Shown here: positions 1-7,836 of the stretch, piece after piece | Numbering within the stretch: position 1 is the first letter of the stretch | Layout of the letters: the number at the start of each line of letters is the position of its first letter | Notes under the pieces: generated by a model | The model's database searches: none | Told to the model about the DNA's origin: nothing | Seen by the model: the letters and a program-made list of their open reading frames with translations, nothing else | Made by a program: the position numbers and the translations under genes | Origin: Candidatus Micrarchaeia archaeon | Lineage (GTDB): Archaea > Micrarchaeota > Micrarchaeia > Micrarchaeales > Micrarchaeaceae | Assembly (NCBI GenBank): GCA_049966775.1 | Contig: JBMFTZ010000001.1 | Location: 21,167 to 85,166 of the forward strand | Length of the DNA stretch: 64,000 nucleotides | Reading direction: 5' to 3'

Positions 1-1098
1 TATTATATTTGAGAGCAAGGACATAAAATCCATCTGCTCGCCTATCGACCTTGAGAAATCTACTATGAACGCGTCGACAATCGTGAAATTGAGGAATGGT
101 ATGAAAGTGAGCCCCGCAAGCAGGTAGCCAAAGATGTCAACGCCACCAGTTAGGCTGCCAACCAGGAATGACGACGGACCAGATCCGGTCACATACGCAA
201 AGAGCAGAGACAGGAGCGCACCAGCCATTGAAGGACCGCTGCATACAGAGCTCGGTATGCACACCGCAATCAGGTTTGTGTCTATAAAACCGTACGTGAT
301 AGTGGTCAAAAGCGGGTATACGAGGCCAAGACCTAGACCGAAGGCAATCATGGCGCCGCCGAACGTCCTAGTGAACCCGAATGTTCGCATCACCAAGCCA
401 AGTGTAAGGAAGACCGATAGGAAGAGCAGCGAGCCCGAGAGTATCAGCAGCTGCAGCTGGCTTATCATAAGCGCAAACATAAGCCCAGAGTAGGCAATCG
501 GGAGCAGGTTGTCGATTTCGCCAGGTAGCAGGGCCACGTTAAAACCTACCGATAGGTATTCGGGGGGCACGTCCGGCAGGGAAGCAGTAATCGATAGGGA
601 GGGCACTATGCCTGCCATGTAGGAAACCACATATGTAAATTCTGCGGCAGTTGATGCCACTCCATTGAAAAGCGAAAGGTCGCACACTGAGAGCTGGTAT
701 ATGTCGCTTGCTCCGGAGCAGCCGCTCTGCAGCGGCAGCTGGTAGCCCAGAATGTCCACCGCATAGCCCTGCGGCACTATGTTAAGCCCCTTCGGCCCGA
801 AGGCGCCCTGCGGGTTTATGAAGAACAGATACGAGAACGCGCCAAACACGAGTATCATCACTATGGACAACACTGCCTCATATATCTGCACGCGCGCCCA
901 CGACTTTGCGCCATCACTTGCTATTACGGTTGCAAGCATATATACGAGCGCAGCCACCAGCATGACCACAAGCACAGCAATGAATGCTATAGGCAGCCAT
1001 GTCAACGGCGTGAACATAAATCCCAGCAGGGGTGCGCTCATGGGGAACGCTGCAAAGAGGCGCGCAAGCGCAAGCATTGCAAATATGGCGATTACCAT
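1..1098 (-). CDS. polytopic membrane protein, tandem-family paralog 5 (C-terminus cut by window edge)
   Basis: I translated the minus strand by hand. ATG at 1096-1098 overlaps the TAA of the upstream gene (TAATG) and the frame stays open for 366 codons to position 1: MVIAIFAMLALARLF...SWARVQIYEAVLSIVMILVF...LVMRTFGFTRTFGGAMIAFGLGLGLVYPLL...DFSRSIGEQMDFMSLLSNII. It carries both family motifs. It is absent from the ORF track only because no stop lies in the window. Confidence 0.75.
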   Translation of the reverse strand, partial: MVIAIFAMLALARLFAAFPMSAPLLGFMFTPLTWLPIAFIAVLVVMLVAALVYMLATVIASDGAKSWARVQIYEAVLSIVMILVFGAFSYLFFINPQGAFGPKGLNIVPQGYAVDILGYQLPLQSGCSGASDIYQLSVCDLSLFNGVASTAAEFTYVVSYMAGIVPSLSITASLPDVPPEYLSVGFNVALLPGEIDNLLPIAYSGLMFALMISQLQLLILSGSLLFLSVFLTLGLVMRTFGFTRTFGGAMIAFGLGLGLVYPLLTTITYGFIDTNLIAVCIPSSVCSGPSMAGALLSLLFAYVTGSGPSSFLVGSLTGGVDIFGYLLAGLTFIPFLNFTIVDAFIVDFSRSIGEQMDFMSLLSNII

Positions 1099-2180
1099 TA
1101 CAACAGCCTCTTAAGGGTCCTAGACGAACTCAGGCTCTGGGCGCCGAGCAGGTCGCCCAGCACCTCCATGAAATTGTACGATATTATGAACGAAAGCACC
1201 ACGCTTATAACGTAGAAAAGCGACGGTTCCATCACGCTGCGTATGAAGCCTATCAAAATCCCTGAGCCCTTGGTGTTGCTCTCCACGATGCTTTGAAGCT
1301 GCGTGAGGGTGCCAGTAACGGAGCTGAAGCTTGATGCGGAAGCGGAGCCGCTCACAAGCGAACTGTATGATGAGCTGCTTGCGACCGGAGCGGATACAGT
1401 AAACGACGAAGTGAATACGTATAACATGAGGGGCAGCACTATGAAGAAACCGACGAACATCCCCAGGAACGCGCCTCCTGCAGCTCTGGTCCACGGGATG
1501 GTGCGCAGCACAATGCCTGCAAAAAAGAACAGCGGGAAGAGCTTGTATACTATCAACAGCACAAACATCGTGGCAAGAAGCAAGCCGAAGAACGCGCCGG
1601 TTATATTGAGCATCATCTTGATCACGCTGTTCACCACGGTAAGCCCGGCCCATGGCGAGAACGCAACGCCAAAGAATACTGGCTGTATCGTGACCTGCAC
1701 TGAAGCCAGGAACGATACCACCATTTCGTTTATGATAAGCTCTATGATAGGCACCACCATGCCAAGCGAGGTGCTGTAGAGCGCCTCGCAGTCGTACATG
1801 TATATGCCGCTTCCGAACGTGCCCTTGCCTATCGCCAGGAAATTACCGGGTGTTGAGACCGAAGTGACCGCAAACGCGCCCAAGAAGACAAATACTATAA
1901 GCAGCGTTATGACCACTTCGCCTATCTCGCTTTTTGCGAACCTGACGAGCTTATCCACTTTTATCGCGTAGCCGATGGCGTAGAGCATGCCTGCTATGAT
2001 GAGCATTATAAGCATCAATATCAGGGATATGGAAAGCAGCGTCGTTACGGAGGTGCCACCGGGCAGCACATTGCCTCCAGTGAAGAGATTGCTGCAGAAG
2101 GCGGCGGCATCTGCGCCAGATATGCTTGGCGCCGCTAACAGAAGCAGGGCAACCAGCAGCAATACGTTTTTGCGCATCAT
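1098..2180 (-). CDS. polytopic membrane protein, tandem-family paralog 4 (signal peptide plus multiple TM helices)
   Basis: 360-aa ORF. N-terminal MMRKNVLLLVALLLLAAPSISG. Motifs KSEIGEVVITLLIVFVF and VLRTIPWTRAAGGAFLGMFVGFFIVLP. Start/stop overlaps with both neighbours. Confidence 0.8.
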   Translation of the reverse strand: MMRKNVLLLVALLLLAAPSISGADAAAFCSNLFTGGNVLPGGTSVTTLLSISLILMLIMLIIAGMLYAIGYAIKVDKLVRFAKSEIGEVVITLLIVFVFLGAFAVTSVSTPGNFLAIGKGTFGSGIYMYDCEALYSTSLGMVVPIIELIINEMVVSFLASVQVTIQPVFFGVAFSPWAGLTVVNSVIKMMLNITGAFFGLLLATMFVLLIVYKLFPLFFFAGIVLRTIPWTRAAGGAFLGMFVGFFIVLPLMLYVFTSSFTVSAPVASSSSYSSLVSGSASASSFSSVTGTLTQLQSIVESNTKGSGILIGFIRSVMEPSLFYVISVVLSFIISYNFMEVLGDLLGAQSLSSSRTLKRLL

Positions 2181-3571
2181 ACCAGCCTCGCCAATCCCGC
2201 AAGCTCAGTGTCGCCTCCGAGCAGTGAGGAGACTCCGAGCACGGCTGACAGTGTAACCATAAGGTTTATGAGCGGCAGGAAATAGGCGGTCACGCCCATT
2301 ATGCCGTAGATCTGAAAGAGCATGTATGTGGCAGGCATCACGCTGCTCGGCGGGCACATCGCGGGCAGGTAGAAATACGGGGCCACGTTGCCGCTTTCTG
2401 CGGCTGAAAGCAAGCCGGCTCCAACGCTGTAGAAAGGTATGAGCAGCACGCCTACGTCTTCGGCCTCGCCTTCTAGTAAGTTGTCACCTGGGGGCATGCA
2501 GCCTAGATGGCCAAGCGCCTGCTGCACGCTTGGCATTGCGAAGAAGTTGAGGGTATATGTGCTTGTCGAGCTGGAAACACTGTTTGAAGGTATGGAGGTT
2601 ACTGTAGAATAGCCGAAGGCTGTGTTGTAGTAGGCGCTGCTGTTTGCAAGGGAAAGATACTCCATCGCGTATATGGCAGGCAGAAAGACGAGGAAACCCA
2701 ATGCAGCTGCAATCAAGAGACCGCCAATCTTCCTTGTAAAGAACACGGAACGGAGCAGCAGCCCGAAGAATATCAGGAACGGCCATACGTCTATCGCTAT
2801 GACGTTAATGGAGAGCTGCGCCACGAACGATTCGACAGCTGTCGTCATCAATGTCCCTAGCGGCGTGAGGAGCCTGTATATCATCGAGTAGCCTGAAAAC
2901 GGGGTAAACTGCACATGCAGCAGGAAATCGGGCACTGAAAGCGTGCCATACAAGGGTATTACGCACGGGCTCACCCACCCGGGGTAGACGCACACGTTAA
3001 CCTGCGGGCTCAGCTTTGAGAGGAAGCCTATCCACGCATCGAACAGAAAAGCGCCGTTGTAGTCTGCTACCGACTGGTTTGTGAGGTTTGCCATTATCAC
3101 GCTCGTGGCAGCAAGCGGATAATCCAGCTGCGCGGTAAGGCTCGGGCTTGAGCCGAGGTTCACCATGCTGCACAGCCCGCTGAAACCTGTAGACGGATTG
3201 CCGCCCAGGTAAGCACCGAGTATGTTGAACGGGTTTGATGTTGTGGATTCGTAGCCGTTTATGTTGTTGCACATTGTGGTTATAGCATTCGAGTTCATAA
3301 GTTTGGTGCTATTGAGGATTGAGATATAGGTGGAAGCTATCACGTACGCGGAGCCAACCACTATGGCTATGAGTATGGCGGTGCCTATGAGCTGGTAGAA
3401 CTCGTTCGTCGCTCCCGCCTTGACCGTGGGGTTGCCAAGGAGCGCGCCTATTATGTACCAAAGCGCTATGAATGCTGAATCGAGCAACAGGGCCATGAGC
3501 ACAAGCGGCATAAGCATGCTTTTCACTGACGTGAATCCGGCATTGAACAGGAACATGCTTATCGGTATCAT
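2177..3571 (-). CDS. polytopic membrane protein, tandem-family paralog 3
   Basis: 464-aa ORF. Motifs TNEFYQLIGTAILIAIV and LLRSVFFTRKIGGLLIAAALGFLVFLP. Ser/Thr/Asn-rich loops between TM blocks. ATGA overlap with the downstream paralog. Confidence 0.8.
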   Translation of the reverse strand: MIPISMFLFNAGFTSVKSMLMPLVLMALLLDSAFIALWYIIGALLGNPTVKAGATNEFYQLIGTAILIAIVVGSAYVIASTYISILNSTKLMNSNAITTMCNNINGYESTTSNPFNILGAYLGGNPSTGFSGLCSMVNLGSSPSLTAQLDYPLAATSVIMANLTNQSVADYNGAFLFDAWIGFLSKLSPQVNVCVYPGWVSPCVIPLYGTLSVPDFLLHVQFTPFSGYSMIYRLLTPLGTLMTTAVESFVAQLSINVIAIDVWPFLIFFGLLLRSVFFTRKIGGLLIAAALGFLVFLPAIYAMEYLSLANSSAYYNTAFGYSTVTSIPSNSVSSSTSTYTLNFFAMPSVQQALGHLGCMPPGDNLLEGEAEDVGVLLIPFYSVGAGLLSAAESGNVAPYFYLPAMCPPSSVMPATYMLFQIYGIMGVTAYFLPLINLMVTLSAVLGVSSLLGGDTELAGLARLV

Positions 3572-3579
3572 TAAGTCAC

Positions 3580-4740
3580 CTACAGATTGCCCCAGAATGT
3601 TGATGCGCCTTCCACGCCGCTGTTCAGGGCCTTTGCAACACCCATCGCAAGCCCCGCCGTGACTCCTATGTTTATCGCAAACATGAATATTCCCACAAAC
3701 ATGAACTTTGAAATCTCCTCTATTATGGTGTTTGTCACATACGGCGCTGTCAAAACGCTTGATGCCAGTGATCCAAGCTCTGCCAGGGGATTGAGACTTA
3801 TGCCGGCGCTGCTCACGAACGACTGCAAGTAAGATGGAGCAGTGCTCGGGTTGCCCGCTACGAGGCTGCTCGAAGGAAGCTCGGCAAAGAACGCGCTTGG
3901 CGAATAGGGCGTGAAGGTGTAAGCGTATGAAAGGTACTTGTATGAGGGGTTGTTTGCCGAAAATATCCAGCTCACCGCGTAACCGTCAAACCCCACCATG
4001 AGCGGGTATACGAGATACGCCGCTATCGCTATGGCAAGAAACGCGTTTGCGGTGTTCCTGAGGTTGCCGCCAACAAACGAGAGGGAGCGCATCACCAGCG
4101 CCACGGGAAGCACCACTATGAACGCGGTGTACTCAAGCAGAGGCAGCATCACCCACTGCAGGTAGAGGGCGCCGATCGTGGTTATGAGAACCATCGCGAA
4201 AACAGACATGTACACGTCGCTTAGTATCTTGAACACCTTGCCAAGGTTCATTCTCGTAGCGAACGAGACTGACAGGCCATTAAATTTTGCCGCAAACGCG
4301 AGCGGGTTATAGCCGTTTAGTATACTGCCGTACGACACCTCGAATATTGTGCTCTCTATGCTGTATTCAACTGACGTGAAGTACACCTTTGATAATAGGC
4401 TCAATCCGGAATTCATCGTAAGGTTTCCTATGTAATAATCAGCGAATTGGAACGGGCTGAGCGCCGATCCGGTCACTGTGCTGCTCATCGAAGTGGAGAT
4501 GCTGCAGGCGGCGCTAGCCATGCCGAGCAGCACCATAATTATTACTGCGCTGAGGAGCGCCTGGGTGAGCTCGGTTCTTACTGCGCTCGTCACCTTTCCG
4601 CTGAACCTTGAAGGCAGAATCCTAGAAATCGCAAGTATAAACGCACCTATAAGCAGGCTTACCAGTATTACGAGCAGGTTTATGCTAAGCCAGCTGTTCA
4701 CATATGTGGAGCCGCCCAATATCGCACATGCGTTTATCAT
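3580..4740 (-). CDS. polytopic membrane protein, tandem-family paralog 2 (most divergent motif)
   Basis: 386-aa ORF. Motifs RTELTQALLSAVIIMVL and VMRSLSFVGGNLRNTANAFLAIAIAAYLVYP. 7-8 nt spacers to neighbours. Confidence 0.8.
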   Translation of the reverse strand: MINACAILGGSTYVNSWLSINLLVILVSLLIGAFILAISRILPSRFSGKVTSAVRTELTQALLSAVIIMVLLGMASAACSISTSMSSTVTGSALSPFQFADYYIGNLTMNSGLSLLSKVYFTSVEYSIESTIFEVSYGSILNGYNPLAFAAKFNGLSVSFATRMNLGKVFKILSDVYMSVFAMVLITTIGALYLQWVMLPLLEYTAFIVVLPVALVMRSLSFVGGNLRNTANAFLAIAIAAYLVYPLMVGFDGYAVSWIFSANNPSYKYLSYAYTFTPYSPSAFFAELPSSSLVAGNPSTAPSYLQSFVSSAGISLNPLAELGSLASSVLTAPYVTNTIIEEISKFMFVGIFMFAINIGVTAGLAMGVAKALNSGVEGASTFWGNL

Positions 4741-4747
4741 ACCAACA

Positions 4748-6091
4748 CTACGTAAGCTTCATCTTCCCTATGCCCATCTTGCTCAGGCTCATCGTGCCGC
4801 CCAGCATCCTTGCTATCTGGTTCACCACGGCGAGCCCTATCACCAGGTCGAACACGAACAGGAAGAACTGGATCAGCAGGTAGCTTGTCTGGTTCACCAC
4901 AAAGTTTAGAATGCCCACTATGCTGCTTGACAGGGGCGAAAAAAATCCGGCATTTGAGCCGGCGTTAAACCCGTCTATCATTTGGGTACCGATATTCGGA
5001 TAGCCTTGCACTACCGGATTGCCGCCCATGACGAACGTGAGCAAAAAGCCCCCACGTATAAAATACAGGTCATTTTCGAAATATTGCACGACGTAATTGA
5101 TCAGTTGCCCTAGAAGACCGGGCGCCGGGGGTGCCGAGCTCACTGACACGATTTGCGAAGGCAGTATGCTGGACAGATAGTCGGATATGGGCTGGTTAAA
5201 GCCCACGAGCAGCACTGGATACACAAGCGAGGCGCCTATGCCGAGAGCAATAAACGTGCCGCCGATGCCACGCGTGAAAGGCAGCGCCCTGAGTATAATG
5301 CCGACAGGCAGCAGCCCGCCCAGGCCCAGCAACATGACCACGCCCAAGAAGTCGTACTGGAACTGGAACGCGTAGAGCATTGGGAATATGACAAGGGTGA
5401 ACATGTCCTTTATGAATGAGAACACCGCCGCAGAAGAGAGCGTCTCTATGTAGCTGCTAACGTAAATGTTAGCAAGGGAGCCAAACTGGATTGTCAGTAT
5501 GGGCACCGGCACTGGCGGTATCGGCAGCGGGAACCACGTGCCCAATGATATGCTCTTCAGCGCGGCTATGCCCTGCGACACGCCCATCATGGTAGCAAAG
5601 TCGACATACGACTGCGCAAGCCCGTATGCAAGGTAGCTTGTGGCGCCGTTGCACAGCCCCTGGAGGTTTGTGTTAAGGCTGCCCAATATGGATGATGAAC
5701 CGCTCGTTTGCAGCGACGCACTGTTGCCCACAAGCATGTTTGCTATGGCGCTTGCTATGACAATCGATGAGAACAAGACCACTATTATGATTACGCTTTT
5801 CGAAACTTCCCAGAGCTCCGTCCTATACCAGCCTTTCAGCGGGCCGTAGTTGAGCACCTCTCCAGCCATATAGGAAACCGCTATAAGGAGGAATGAGATG
5901 GCAATGCCGATTGCTGCGAGCCCGATGAACGTGGCGAAAGCTGAAGCGCCAAGAGTCATGCTGCATACGCTCTGCGCCGTGGACATGCCGGCAAGCGCGA
6001 GCAGCAAAAGCAGCATAAGCGGGGCGGCATGGCGCATACTGCGAGAGTAGCGTGCTGCAGCCTGCAAACCGCCCGGCCTTCGCTGCGTCAT
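4748..6091 (-). CDS. polytopic membrane protein, tandem-family paralog 1 (signal peptide)
   Basis: 447-aa ORF. Hydrophobic leader LMLLLLLALAGMSTAQS. Motifs RTELWEVSKSVIIIVVL and ILRALPFTRGIGGTFIALGIGASLVYP. Its start overlaps the stop of the small upstream ORF (ATGA). Confidence 0.8.
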   Translation of the reverse strand: MTQRRPGGLQAAARYSRSMRHAAPLMLLLLLALAGMSTAQSVCSMTLGASAFATFIGLAAIGIAISFLLIAVSYMAGEVLNYGPLKGWYRTELWEVSKSVIIIVVLFSSIVIASAIANMLVGNSASLQTSGSSSILGSLNTNLQGLCNGATSYLAYGLAQSYVDFATMMGVSQGIAALKSISLGTWFPLPIPPVPVPILTIQFGSLANIYVSSYIETLSSAAVFSFIKDMFTLVIFPMLYAFQFQYDFLGVVMLLGLGGLLPVGIILRALPFTRGIGGTFIALGIGASLVYPVLLVGFNQPISDYLSSILPSQIVSVSSAPPAPGLLGQLINYVVQYFENDLYFIRGGFLLTFVMGGNPVVQGYPNIGTQMIDGFNAGSNAGFFSPLSSSIVGILNFVVNQTSYLLIQFFLFVFDLVIGLAVVNQIARMLGGTMSLSKMGIGKMKLT

Positions 6092-6306
6092 GTGATCACT
6101 ACATAATGCAAACGATACGCATCTGCTTCACATATGAATGAAATCGCATCGCCTTGAAACCCTACAATAGATGCAACGGCGCTGCTTGCCTCGGGGCATT
6201 CATCAACAGGCATTCCATACCTATTGGGATGAAGCGCCCTTTCTGCTTTTGGAGGGCGTGCTGCAACAATATCTAGCCCGGATTTGCGCGCGACTGCAAG
6301 TTCCAT
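6088..6306 (-). CDS. small soluble hypothetical protein (72 aa), possibly the first, leaderless gene of the paralog operon
   Basis: In-frame ATG at 6306 inside track ORF 6088..6615: MELAVARKSGLDIVAARPPKAERALHPNRYGMPVDE.... An AT-rich TATA-like box (rc TAAGTATATATTATTG, about 6325-6340) sits about 27 nt upstream. The stop overlaps the start of the next gene. There is no homology support. Confidence 0.4.
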   Translation of the reverse strand: MELAVARKSGLDIVAARPPKAERALHPNRYGMPVDECPEASSAVASIVGFQGDAISFICEADAYRLHYVVIT

Positions 6307-6437
6307 CACATCCCTTTTGTTCTGCAATAATATATACTTATCGCTATTATTATTATCGTTATTTTTGGTTCCTGCGATTGATGTTTTGAAGCCCAGCACG
6401 GAGCGATAAACTTTCGCGGGTACCAAGCAGGAAAGGG

Positions 6438-7160
6438 CTATCGCTTGAGTAGTCTGAAGCGCTTCATGTACATCTCGCTCTGCAGCACCGCAAGGAAGGG
6501 CAGTATGAATAGGGAGTTGAATACGAGCATCGCGTACCTCGAGTAAACGGTGCCCGAAGCTGCTATGAACACAAAATCGAACAGCGTGATAAGCGCGATC
6601 GCAAGAAAGAGCCACAGTATGAAATAGTCGAAGCGCCTGAAGAAGAAGGAGACGCTTGCCCTGAAAGACCTTAGCACCTTGTTGTCATCTATCACAATGG
6701 AAGCGGGCGCGTAGAACACGAACGGCGTAACAACAAGTATTGCCACGCTGGTGATTATGCCTGAATAACCGGTGCCGAAGCTTAGCATGTCAACCAGTAT
6801 TATAACGGCGCTCAGCATCAGCAGCACTATGAAAACCTTGCTCGTATACCTTTCAAGGCCCCGCATTACCTCCCTTGTTATCTTTCTCTGGACGCGGCTG
6901 TGCTTTACTACCACGTTTATCGCAACGATTGCGAAGCTCAGGAAGAGGAGCGAGAAAAACAGCGACACGATTACCACCATGGATGAAAGCATGCTCATGT
7001 TGGAGAAGATGCTGCCGGTGCGCAGGAATATGCCGCCCGCATCATTGTAAGTTGGAAAGGCAGCAAATACAGGTATCAGGAACGCTATTACGAAGGCGAG
7101 CGAAAACGATAGTATTAGCTTTATGTTGCCCGCGTATGTGGACCATGCGTAAGAGAGCAC
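6438..7160 (-). CDS. integral membrane protein (about 6 TM), unknown function, operon partner of the pilin-like gene
   Basis: 240-aa ORF with alternating hydrophobic helices and basic loops (KHSRVQRKITREVMRGLERY, FFFRRFDY). It lies directly downstream of 7247..7627 on the same strand. Confidence 0.7.
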   Translation of the reverse strand: MLSYAWSTYAGNIKLILSFSLAFVIAFLIPVFAAFPTYNDAGGIFLRTGSIFSNMSMLSSMVVIVSLFFSLLFLSFAIVAINVVVKHSRVQRKITREVMRGLERYTSKVFIVLLMLSAVIILVDMLSFGTGYSGIITSVAILVVTPFVFYAPASIVIDDNKVLRSFRASVSFFFRRFDYFILWLFLAIALITLFDFVFIAASGTVYSRYAMLVFNSLFILPFLAVLQSEMYMKRFRLLKR

Positions 7161-7246
7161 ATTGGTTATGCCAGCACCTGCCGCTTTTTGGCTAAGCTAA
7201 ATAATAAGGGAAAGAAAAAGATAAAAGCCTTACATCGTAGCAGTAT

Positions 7247-7627
7247 TTAGGTGGCCTTGCAAGCGCTTGCAATGGAAGCGTTGCCCGTTATGACCTGGAG
7301 TATGTACGGCGCTATGACAGCTATGATCACGCCGATGACGCCGCCGAGGATCATTCCCATGCCGTAGCCCTGCACCTGCCCCTTCGTTTGGCCTGGTATT
7401 ACGTGCGCGCCGGCATAGAGGGCGCCTCCAAGTATTATAAGCACAAGGCCGAGTATGAATATGACGCTGACCACACCGTTATATACGCTGCATATCGCAT
7501 TTACTGCAGTAGTTGAGGATTGCCCATACGCAGCTGAAACAAGGCTCAGCAAAAGCAATAACGACATTGCGGGTCCGAGGATTCCCCTCGCGTTGAATAA
7601 CTTGCCGAACAATAAGCCCGTGTTCAT
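7247..7627 (-). CDS. VirB2/TrbC-like (CedA1/TedC-like) two-helix pilin-type protein
   Basis: 126 aa. Long leader ending LLLLLSLVSAAYG|QSS. It continues NAICSVY, then Gly-rich TM1 (VVSVIFILGLVLIILGGALYAG), a short basic loop (HVIPGQTKGQVQG), Gly-rich TM2 (MGMILGGVIGVIIAVIAPYILQVITG) and a short tail. This matches the architecture, and partly the sequence pattern, of Agrobacterium VirB2 as I recall it (..NNICTF..LAVLGIVAIGISWMFGRASLGLVAGVVGGIVIMFGASFLGKTLTGG). Confidence 0.6.
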   Translation of the reverse strand: MNTGLLFGKLFNARGILGPAMSLLLLLSLVSAAYGQSSTTAVNAICSVYNGVVSVIFILGLVLIILGGALYAGAHVIPGQTKGQVQGYGMGMILGGVIGVIIAVIAPYILQVITGNASIASACKAT

Positions 7628-7643
7628 GAAACCACTTCGCCTC

Positions 7644-7673
7644 TTTATATATACTAAAATACATTTAAATATG
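7644..7673 (-). promoter_or_regulatory. TATA-box region upstream of the pilin-like gene
   Basis: On the minus strand there is GTATATATAAAG (7644-7654) about 22 nt upstream of the ATG, and CATATTTAAATG (7662-7673) further up. Either gives a leaderless or very short-leader mRNA. Confidence 0.4.
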
Positions 7674-7836
7674 TATCGGTCGCACTGCTACGTATAAGCT
7701 GCCGACTTTATATTTTTGGCTCTGCAGCACGCGCATGCCATATGCAGAGCGCTTCACTTATGCGCCCCGGCCCACACATATAAATAGGATAATGTTGTAA
7801 TAAAGTTGCATATCGGGTGTGTAATAGGATGATCCT

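Noticed and set aside
6307-6615. N-terminal 103 aa of track ORF 6088..6615
   Set aside because: It overlaps the 3' end of the well-supported 6-TM gene 6438..7160 in another frame. It also crosses an AT-rich promoter-like segment. Only the part downstream of ATG 6306 is considered potentially coding.
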